64,000 bases of DNA from the NCBI GenBank assembly GCA_048013815.1, contig CM106586.1:22382001-22446000 (forward strand). Reading direction: 5' to 3'. The position numbers and the translations under genes were made by a program. The notes under the pieces were generated by a model. It saw nothing but the letters and a program-made list of their open reading frames with translations, was not told the origin of the DNA and ran no database searches. Within the stretch, counting starts at the first letter, position 1. Every line of letters begins with the position of its first letter. Shown piece by piece: positions 40,426-50,595 of this stretch. Origin of the DNA: Setoptus koraiensis (lineage: Eukaryota > Animalia > Arthropoda).

Positions 40426-40691
40426 TAATTAACCTTGGTGGTTTGTGGTTGGCAATTAAATGAGGATGTTTTAATAACGTAACTATATTGATATCTTTGT
40501 GTCTGTTTGTAGGTGTGTTTGTTTTATTGTTTGTTTGGTTGCTTGTTTGTGTGTGCAAACTAGCAACAATTTTATAATAAGAATTTATTTATAAGAGCCA
40601 ATTTGTTCCTGAATTATCCTTTTATTATTTCTAATAGTAATATTATTGTTAATATTGTATTGGAAATGTGGTAATCCGATATGAACCAGAG

Positions 40692-40699
40692 TGACGTCA
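40692..40699. promoter_or_regulatory. CRE palindrome upstream of RBM26
   Basis: TGACGTCA about 270 bp upstream of the ATG. Short motif. Confidence 0.25.
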
Positions 40700-41291
40700 A
40701 CGTCGGCATGAATTATTGAGATAAGAGACGAAATAGTTTTTATTCTTATTATTATTGCATTATAATTGAATGTTAATTCATTTTACATGCGATATAGTAT
40801 AGATGTTTGATGGTATGATTTGTTACAGAAGCTGTCGTCAGAATGTGCCATTATTGTTATTTTTCGCCTCAAATAAAATGTGCGTTTGAGCGTCTTGCCC
40901 AGATAGATATGACGCTAACAGATGGCGCAATTCAGACTGGGGCGCGTAATTCAAAGTAACAAAAAAGTTTTCCGTTGTTTCATTTATTGATATACATGTA
41001 TTTTTTTTACGTTTTCGCAATCTTGATCAGGGATCGCAATTGTATTTCGAAAGAATAATAAAATTTATTTTTGATCAATAAATACATATTGTATTTTTGA
41101 GTGGCTTTAACGTTGTATCACAACTCTGTCAACACGATGATAATCTGAAAAGAATCATGTTGTAAGCGCTTGATTCTTCAAATAAGAAAAACTTAATAAT
41201 CCGCGAGGAAAAGGTGCCAAGGGAGGCACTAAATCTCATGTTCTCTCAACTTTTGTTTCTTGTTAACGATTGCGATCAAATCCCATTGAAT

Positions 41292-42515
41292 CTAGATAAG
41301 CTCAATTTGTCTGTCAAATTTATCACACAGATCCGAGTTTGACTTGTATAATTTCATCACTGCTTCCAGATATTGAGCATGTAATTCATCAATCTGCTCT
41401 TGGGTTGGTTTTTCACACTTAATCACATGAAGAGGGTCACCCATAGCCACTGTGATGGTTCGCTTGTAAGGGATAAGGCCTGTCCATTTGGAATTGAACA
41501 AACTTCTACCATAATAGCATGGGTGCTTGAAACCGAATATTTTGTAGAAATTGTCCCTCAATTTTCTCAGAAAAGAATTCTTTTCAAGTTCGATTGTATG
41601 GAAAACGCTATTCTCACCAAAAGCGATACAAGGTACAATATGTGCGCCATGTTGGAGAGCCTTTTTAGCGAAACCTTTCCTACTCGCGACGACTATTTTC
41701 AATATCTCGCTATCTGATAGATCCATTTCATGGAGGCCTCCAACAACCAACGCCAACAACTGTCCTTTTTTACCACTACCGGAAAGTAGATAGTCTATGC
41801 TCTTTGAGTTGACGGAACAATCACCACGAGCCGTAAATATCTCTTTCATTACAGGCATCAAGAATGAGGTTTCGTGCACCAAAAATTTGCTTGTGATACC
41901 TGGAAATCGTTCACTAATATGAAGTGCGTCAGTTGCAAAGCCACCAACACACCCAAATGCTGATACGGCGTGTGGATGATAAATCAATAAATAATTTTCA
42001 TTTTTGTCCAAATGAAAGTTTTTCGAATATCTCATTTTCATAGGAAAGTAATTGGCTATTCGTTTATAGAATCTGGATTCATAAACGAATTTCCATCGTC
42101 TGCCACCTCGATTGCAAGTGTTTCTATCGTAGAAGAGCCAACTAGCATAGATGATAGTCAAATAGTAGTACTTGGTGAATAATAATACAATTAGCGTAAG
42201 CATAGTAACAGCCACAGCAGGTAACAAGTAAGAATAGATGGACGTGCATATGAAGTCCAGCACCTTGTTCTCTTTCAGAGGCGACTTTGGCTTGAAGTTT
42301 TCAGCCTCAGAATATAGCGAAGCTCCAGACTGAAATTGTCTCTCTTCCTCTGATGTGGTTGCTGCTGCAGCTATGCTGTTGTCCATCGTTTGATTATTAT
42401 TTTCAGCTATATTGTTATGATTTTTGTAACCTTTCCAATTGTTGTTTGAAACACTAGCGCTGGTGGAGCTTTTGTCAGACTTGGATGCAGTTAGTTGATT
42501 TTGCGCGTTAGCCAT
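41292..42515 (-). CDS. MOGAT/DGAT2-family acyltransferase, 407 aa, single coding exon
   Basis: RGGRRW, YFP, YHPH, LVVGGLHE, RKGFAKKALQHGAHIVPCIAFGEN and QIDELHAQY motifs, plus an N-terminal hydrophobic segment. Confidence 0.92.
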   Translation of the reverse strand: MANAQNQLTASKSDKSSTSASVSNNNWKGYKNHNNIAENNNQTMDNSIAAAATTSEEERQFQSGASLYSEAENFKPKSPLKENKVLDFICTSIYSYLLPAVAVTMLTLIVLLFTKYYYLTIIYASWLFYDRNTCNRGGRRWKFVYESRFYKRIANYFPMKMRYSKNFHLDKNENYLLIYHPHAVSAFGCVGGFATDALHISERFPGITSKFLVHETSFLMPVMKEIFTARGDCSVNSKSIDYLLSGSGKKGQLLALVVGGLHEMDLSDSEILKIVVASRKGFAKKALQHGAHIVPCIAFGENSVFHTIELEKNSFLRKLRDNFYKIFGFKHPCYYGRSLFNSKWTGLIPYKRTITVAMGDPLHVIKCEKPTQEQIDELHAQYLEAVMKLYKSNSDLCDKFDRQIELI

Positions 42516-44333
42516 TTTGAGTTCGACCGTGAATAATCCTGTGATCCTATTTCTGGTGGGATAATTGTAGTTTTAGATGAACGAATTAGATAATTGGTTC
42601 TAGATTGGTTATTGAGTGCAATTGTAGTTTGAGTGCAATTGTCATATGAGCAAGCTGGAAGCTAAATGCAGGTGTCAATAGATATGCATTGATCGGATGG
42701 CCAAAACGCTACTGCTGGGATGGTTGCAGCTTCCACGATCATCCAACTATATCCGAGTATCTGACATTTAATGTGCCCTGACTGAACTAGCTATTTCGAC
42801 TAGCTATCATTCACTAGCTAAACACTTTCACTGGTACTGTCACAGGTGTGCAAAACAGGTTAGTTGCGCAATATGAGATAGAGCGATTTTTTCAAAATTC
42901 ACGGAGCCTCATAAATAATGACAGTAGGGCGTCAGAGCGTTGGCTTACGTAATAGTCGTTTGGATATTTAGGCGCACATACGCTGTAGTACAGTTACAAC
43001 TCGTTAGTTAGCGGCAACTGCTGGGACTAGAAGGATTGTGCGTGTGTGTGTGTGTGTGTGCCTAGCTAACAGTGCTGCTGCTGCCGCTGCTGCTGTCATA
43101 GTGGAATGTTGCGTCGTGCTGAACGCTAAGCTACTACTACTACTACTTCTACTACTGCGACTGCCTGAAAGTTTGGCTCGATTGTCTAGCCTGATACCTA
43201 GATAGAATCAATAACTAAAACATTGAGCCAGCGTAGAGCTGGAATTTAAACTTGCGGCGTTCACTGCGTGGTTCAGAGCGATCAAGTGAGACAAAACTTC
43301 TTACTTTATCTTTGGCCTGCCAGTGTTACGCAATGCTATGGCAGAGAATATCACGCGGATGATTACTAGCGATGATCACTTTGGAGCCTGTGTATCGCTG
43401 CGAGAGACTCTCAGAGCGAACTACTAACTAGAGAGAGAACTACCTACTAACTATTATTGTTTGGCAATCCACTGAAATCCAATATCTCCTCCCAAATGAT
43501 ATCTGTCGGCTGCTAGTGGTTGGTGCTGCTGCTGCTGTTGTTTAAAGTTTTGCCTCCATTTTGTCGATATTATATTCACCTTGGCCAATCTAATCTCTTG
43601 ATGTCTTCTCCTGTTGTGCGTCTCGTAGTAGATGTTTGCTAAAATCTCTCTAATCATCTTATCAACAATAAAACGAGGAAATAATGATGATTATTTGTCA
43701 CAATTCATCACAGTCTTGAATTGTAACACACAACAATTGATCCTCTTTGTGAGTGCGGGTGTGCGTGAATGCCAGCGCGAATAAGCGAACAAGCGAAAGA
43801 GTTACTATGCAATATACAGTACAGTCAACTACGCCAGACTACGTAAAGTGCAAGCGAACAACAAGCTGTGGAAGAAGAAGAATAGGAGAAACTATTGCCA
43901 GCCATTTCAGCGGCAAACTGTCCGTCTGTTTGCGCATATTGTGCATTGTGTGTGCACCGAGTGCAGTCCGGCACACACACCAACCAAGCCGAGCTGCGAC
44001 TTACACAATGCAAAGCGGCTTGTGCAGGCGCAACTTGCCAGCTCCCCCCCCCCTCTCTGTCCTAGTTTCGTCCGACCAATGCGAATACTATTCGCCGCCG
44101 AAAAGTTCTCTCTTCTACAGTACTAGTATCGAGTGCATGTACAATAATGTATAATTGTTCCACTTTCACCCCGCTGCCCGCTACCGCACTTGCACTGGTT
44201 GCTGAACTCGTTGCTGGTGGCCTATAGTACCGGCATGCCGCCCCCCCACTCCACCGGCACCCCCGACGGCGCTCGAGCAGCTTGTTGACGATTGCGAGTC
44301 GCCCCACACCAACTCCACTTCCTGCACCGTACA

Positions 44334-44358
44334 CTGGACCAGCGAACCGCTGGTCCAG
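44334..44358. other. Perfect 11-bp inverted repeat (hairpin) in a GC-rich island
   Basis: CTGGACCAGCG-AAC-CGCTGGTCCAG. Confidence 0.85.
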
Positions 44359-44984
44359 CGCGCCTGATGCGCACTCAACAGTTCTCCGTGCAATCGCACT
44401 GGCAGCCCCTTTAGCAGCCGCCCCATAACGACTGCATCAGCCAATTAGCAGGCCATTTGTGTCGAATTGTTGCAATCAAGCCGTCGGGCAGATGGGCACA
44501 GCCATCGAACAACCAGCGCATTATATCACCAGCATTATATCACACTCAGGCATGCATCTCCAGTTGCCAACGGCCGCTCGCCCAACAGTGTGTCAGTGTG
44601 CTGTGGACAAGAGTGCGTCGTTACTCTGCCAAGCTGTAGCTCTACCAAAGGGCACAAGTTCGATTAGCGAATTTCTGCGCGCCGACACAACAAAAGCTGC
44701 GCTGTTGCCACTACCGCCCCCACCAACTACACAACCAGCGCAATCTAGCCTTCACGTCTGGACATTAAACTGGACAGGCTGCGCCGTCTAACTATTCAAA
44801 ATGTCCGACTTCTCGGGCGAGTAAAAGTGAAATCAAAAATGCAAGCGAACCTGTTCCCAATACCTGAGTGCATGATTATCTGTTTATTGTTGTACAACCA
44901 CCAGTTGTACGGCACTAATGAATAATGTTGAAGTTCCCAGCTTGCCGTTCATTATCTCGCCGGCTCTCTGACGACTCAATGACT

Positions 44985-45018
<34 letters not shown>

Positions 45019-45687
45019 TGAACCCAACCTGGCGGCCGCACACTCTAGTGCCAATTAAACCAACGAGCTAACGAAACCAGCTTGCGTTGTTTGCAAATAG
45101 AACCGTTAATTAGCTACAAACAGCAAAACAAGTCTAATGAACAATTGTAAGTCAACCTGTATCGTGAGTGCAAGAAATACGTTAGCAATCGTATCATCAA
45201 ATGAAACTATCATTCATTGAAAACTAAATGGAGATAAGCGTTTGAGATTCTTTCGCAAACGATATTCTTCGAATCAAACGAATTTTAACAAGTGCGCTCA
45301 CGCAGTATCTAAATGAAGGTCGCTTTGTCACTCACTGTCACGTTCTGTCGCAACCAAATGCATATGCAAACAAAGATTTATAGCTTGGTTTATAACCATA
45401 GGACGTGTGCAGCATAAAGTTTATTTACAGATTTATGACAGCCTCCTTCTCTCGCTTTTTTTATCTTTCCCTTTGTAGAGACGCTGTCAATAGTGATTTT
45501 AGCGTTGCTGATGACAGCAAGAGAGATGTCATCGTATGCATGCGGCGCCCTCGAATTCTCCTTCGATCAATTTGAATCTTGATTATCCTAATCTCTTTGT
45601 TTCTTGTTATGCTCAATATCATCTTACAGACAGAATGGAAAATAGGCTTGTTGATTAATAGCCTCACATAAGATTTGTGTGTGTTGA

Positions 45688-47196
45688 TTACAATTTGATT
45701 GTCTGGTCTCGGACCAACCTAACTTTTCCAACCCAAGATTTCTAATTAAGTACAAAAGGTGTATTTTTATATCATGACACATTGAAGGAAGAACGAGAGG
45801 ATATTATTAGTTTTTTTGTGTTTGAACTTACAAGCTAGAGGTTAGATTAGTGTGTGCAGATAGAATGAAAATTGTCACCACTGTAAAATATTAAGCCACA
45901 ATTGCGCAATGACCTCGCTCGATGAAGTCACATCAAGGAAATTCTCTATTGTAAAAATGTTTCAAGTTTTCATTCTTTTGACAATCAGGTTTTCCTAATT
46001 ATATTACTTACATAGTCAGCCGGGTTCTTGTCACCAAATTCCGTCAGGCCAACTGGTATGGGCAAAAATCTGTGATCTATCAGGTCTCTAGATGGTTCAT
46101 AGTCTATGTATTTGCAATCGCCAGCAGCATAGTATGACACTACAGCCAGATAGTTCTTCCTTGAATTGACTAAATCATTGCTATAACCGTGTATCAAACC
46201 TGGACTATAGAATAGTGTTTGACCGGGTTTCAGATTGATATATTTTGATTGTTTCGCAGATTCTACCATAGCTTTCATGTCGACGGGGGCAGACTCAAAC
46301 ATTTCATTCATTTTGTCATTGCTGCCACTTGATGTTGTCGTACTAATGGTGCACTGACCAACACGATGTGTGCCTGGCACCACTAATAGAACTTGTTCAA
46401 TTGGCTCTAATGCTGTTATTGCACATACTATTTTGTCGATTGGTCTAAATGGAAGATACATCCAATCTCGATATAAGAATTGGTAGCCACTGTTTTCAAA
46501 AGTGGCCGCTTTTGCTTGTTTGCTCGTTGCCAATTCACTTTGATTTGTTTGATCATTTATTGAGGCTGCCAATAGTGTTGCGGATGGTTGTTGCTGCTGG
46601 TTATTATTGCTACTCCAATAATTGTCATAGGCATCGACAGTTTTCTTATTGCTCTCTCTAGAGTCTTTGTTGTTTCCTGTTGCTTGTATTCTATTGGTTG
46701 TTTGGGTCTGGTAATCACGATTTGAATCGGCTTGTTGCACTTTGAATGTATCGACAAGACTTGTGGTCATTAATAGGATTTGTTCGTCTGTGAAACATCC
46801 TACATAATTTAATAGACTGGATGATGCAACAAATTTATTTAGTAATTTCGTATCAATTAAATTTGTGGTCAATTCTGACGGTTGCGCATTGTCCCGCCAA
46901 TATTCATTGTATTGATCTCGAACTGCTTGAACAAGTTTCGGCGACACTGCTTTATCAATCACAATGTAACCATGTGATTCATATAAATTTCTTTGACTAG
47001 TTGTTAAAGGATTCAATTGACCAGGTATGCTCTCTCGTGTGAATCGATATTTTTTAGGCCAAAATTTTCTTGGGTCAAGTCCGATAACTTTGAGATAGTC
47101 CGGTACTTGAGTGCTGTCTTCTTTTCTGATTTCCTTCCCTGTTAATTGAACATCTTCTTTCGACTCGTTGCCACCATTATCTATCACTGTATCCAT
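45688..47196 (-). CDS. PHYH: Phytanoyl-CoA dioxygenase (PHYH)-like protein, 412 aa; exons 47196-46012 and 45741-45688
   Basis: LTTSQRNLYESHGY, YLPFRPIDKIVCAITALE, VVPGTH, LIHG and AGDCKYID. GTAAGT donor at 46011. The 54-bp terminal exon KSWVGKVRLVRDQTIKL aligns with the PHYH end (IWMFRARLVKGERTNL). Confidence 0.85.
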
Positions 47197-48719
47197 TGTT
47201 TATTGCTGATCTCCTATGTTATACTATACGAATATTATTGTGTTTGTTTGTTATGTAACTTGTTTATTCTGTTCCTATTAAATTCTACTTGTTGACATAT
47301 GTTATGTTATACTGGTATAATTACGCATACATCACAGATATGACAATGTCTTCTTCTTTTTCTTCGCTGTAAAATTTCAATCTTGCTTTTTCTTTCTCCT
47401 AGGCAATTCTTTTCACTCTTTCCTCAAAGAATCAACAAACTTTGTGTGACAAACATTTCTCTGAAGAGCAGTGGTCTAGTCTCCAAAAAACTTGGCTGAA
47501 GGCTTGCAACACGCTAGTTAGCGCTCTAAGACCATCTTGATAAATATGTTCAGAGTAAAAGTTATGTCTAGTGGCTTGTTTTCGCTGATAGACTCAGAGA
47601 CTAACTGATAGTACATTAGAATTGATATGCGTTAGGTAAGGTAAGGCAAGACAAGGTGAAGTGAGGGAAAACAAGTTTGAGAGAGACGAAACCTCCAGCA
47701 AACCAGCAAGCAAACTATATTATTTTAGCCATTATTATTGTATACTGTTGTGTTTCCATTTGGTGGTAGATAGGAAAAGGATGATACATATGCAATTGAT
47801 CATGACTTGATTAACGTTAGGTAGCTTCCACTTCGTAGATTAGTCCTTAAGTAGGCAGGCAGTCAGCCAACCAGTAAGTATTACGCGAAGATTGTTACAA
47901 CAACTCCCTTGTGGTTTGCTTGACTGACTTCACATTAGTGAGAGAAAAAACGAGTTTAGGAGGCTAGTAACTAACGCCGACGAAAGTAACAACAATAATG
48001 ACAACAGCAACAATTTAAAACTCCTCTCAGGTAAGTCTGTTGCTGTTGTAAACAAAACAAGGTGTAGCTTCGAATAGAAAGAGGTGACGAGCCTTCGGCC
48101 GATACTACACAGCTTATAGATTCCAGCCATAATGTATAGCGCTGATATAATATCCATTATAGACGGCTCTACCCAAAACCAAGTATTAATAGTTGGTATT
48201 GTTATACTGAGCACGAGCTAATGTAATGGCTAAGCTAAATTAGCATACAGTAGAATAGAGAGTTCTCGTCTAATGTTTGTTGAAACGATATTACGAAGGA
48301 CCGCCATTGAGCTGAAAAAGATGGTGATACAACTAGTATAGACGACCATGTAACTGAGATTGGCAGAATCGATGCCAGTACATAGTGAGTGCGAACAAAA
48401 AACGTTCATGATACGACTTTCTAAGACTAGCCGAGCTATCTGTTATACTAGCCTTAGGATGAAGGCCACATAGAGATAGTCAGCTACATTTATATGAAAG
48501 TGTACGTGTGTTGCGAATGAGGCGGAGATACTATCATATGCTTGTTGTTCTTGAGCAACTACTAAGATTGTTCGAAATTTATTATTGTTTGGAAGTACAG
48601 ATGTTGTTCGGAACATCAACCAATCCGGGTATAATAGCACAAAGCCTACAATATGTGCGCATTCGTGAATCAGAAATTTAATTATTCTATCTAATTTATC
48701 TAAGTCCTGATTAGCTTGA

Positions 48720-50595
48720 TTAGTTCGACTGCTTCTGTTGTTGACTTGTTGAAACATATCGAGTAAATGGACTTGTGAATTGTGACTGGAAAGATTCAAA
48801 CTTACGACTGTCGTTGTGCGTTTGATTTCCTGATGATCGCTCGAAGCGTTGATTGTTTGCAGGGCGTGAATTTCCGCGCTGTTGATGCCGTGGATAACCT
48901 CTGCCACGATTTGAATCACTAGGTGTTTGAGGGCGTGAACTGCCTATCCAAGATCCATTATAATGATCGGAGCCTCTATTCAAACGCCGCGATTCCTGGT
49001 CTGTGTAAGATTGACCGAGAAAATTGTAGAGCGTACTTTCAGGATTTTGCTCAAGGTTGTGGCAATGTTCGATCTTGGTCGATGCATTCGACTGTCCAAT
49101 ATTTGAAGTTGGAGTAGACTCATCACTACAATTGTTTATTGATGCTGATTGGAACATCGCGCCTAATAAAGGCGGAACAGAACTGTTGTGAATACCAGCT
49201 GAATGAGCTATATCATGACGGTGACCAATGGCATCTAAGTCTAGAAATTTGAGAGAAGTTTCTGGAGTATACTCGACGCCTTCGGTGATAACTTTTACCT
49301 AGAATGATAAATTTTGTCGCAAGAAAATAAGGCCCATGTTAGAAAAGGGTATTTGTTGAATTATTTAGAATGTCCAGATAATTATGACAAAAATTTGCTT
49401 ACCTCATCTAATGGTATTTCTCTCGCCTTCAATATCAGCTGATGTATATCATTAACAAATCTTTTGACCAATGGAGGAATTGGGTTACACAAAGCAAGTA
49501 TGCCTTGTGGTTCTCTTGGTAGATATTCAGCAATCCGAATCATCAAATTGTTTGGTAATACATAACCTAAACTCTCGTCTAGCTCTCGACTAATAGAATC
49601 TCGCCAGGCAAATAATTCCTTGAACGCGTACATTTGTTTTGCATTAAACGTCGATCGACATTTTTTCAGGACAGACAAATGACTGGTTTCGGAAAATGAT
49701 GGCTTCTCGTATTTTTTCAAACATATTTCTCTTCCTCGCTCATAGACTGCTTGTAATAGATGAGATTGTGTTTTGCTTTGAGCTCCTTTAAGAAGTAGAT
49801 CGTTCCTAAGTTTATCGTAAATGTACAATAAGTAATGTGTATCTGTTCTTGCATAGTTTATCATAGGCAATGGTAGGGGACGTTCACGCCAATCAGCTAA
49901 CTGATAATATTTATCAGCCTCTACTCCACAATAATGTTTCGTTAAGAAAGCCAACGATAGATGAGCAAACTTCATCAATTTAGCTGCTCGGCAAGTGTCG
50001 AATAGATTTACAACGTATACTCCAAAGTCTCTTTGTAGCCATATGATGTCACAATCTGCCCCATGGAACACTTTAACAATATTAGGATTTGTGAAACATT
50101 CATTGAGCAGATATAGTTCACTCCTTAATTTAATAGCATCGATTACGAAATCCCTAGTTCTTGATGATATTTGTATTAAACAAGAAATTCCCTGGAAGCT
50201 ACGATAGGAGTGATGCTCAACATCGACAGCAATCTCTGGTAGAGCCTCTATATGTTGGCACATCTCTTTGAGTTGATCTAAATCCTCTACCAATGTCAAG
50301 GGTGTATCCTCGAGATTGGGCGGTGATTGTGGTTCACATGGTAGAAGAAGTTCGGGTTTTAATTGAAAATTTTCTATCTCATATTCATATGGATGAGAGA
50401 AGGACTCTACGCCAGACTCATCAATTTCTGATAAACAACTTAATGGTACTAGAGCGTTGGGTTTTGTTTTGATGGGAGGTTCGAATGGTCTGGTGCTATT
50501 GTCTATTTTATCTTTAAAAAGAGCCTGTGGCCTCTGTATGTTCTTATTTTCCAATATAACATGACGATGATAAAGACTTTGTTTACTTTGCATGA
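48720..50595 (-). CDS. EXOSC10: Exosome component 10 (Rrp6) DEDD exonuclease plus HRDC domain; exons 50595-49403 and 49298-48720; 5' exon(s) unresolved
   Basis: IAVDVEHHSYRSFQGISCLIQIS, KVFHGADCDIIWLQRDFG, ADWRERPL, YARTDTHYLL and an HRDC domain. A 104-bp phase-0 intron leads to GHRHD...SPFTRY. An acceptor (TTGCAG) lies immediately before 50595. Confidence 0.93.

Noticed and set aside
43454-44334. Possible TAG read-through from ORF 44334-44062 into a donor at 44004 and the 67-aa ORF at 43657
   Set aside because: The phase fits, but the stop context is not a known read-through motif, the frame depends on a C10 homopolymer, and the product resembles nothing known. A UTR-exon explanation is simpler.
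48443-48919. 158-aa ORF with an HExxH motif (IHECAHIVG)
   Set aside because: Overlaps the EXOSC10 last exon in another frame, TTG start, and no other metalloprotease features.
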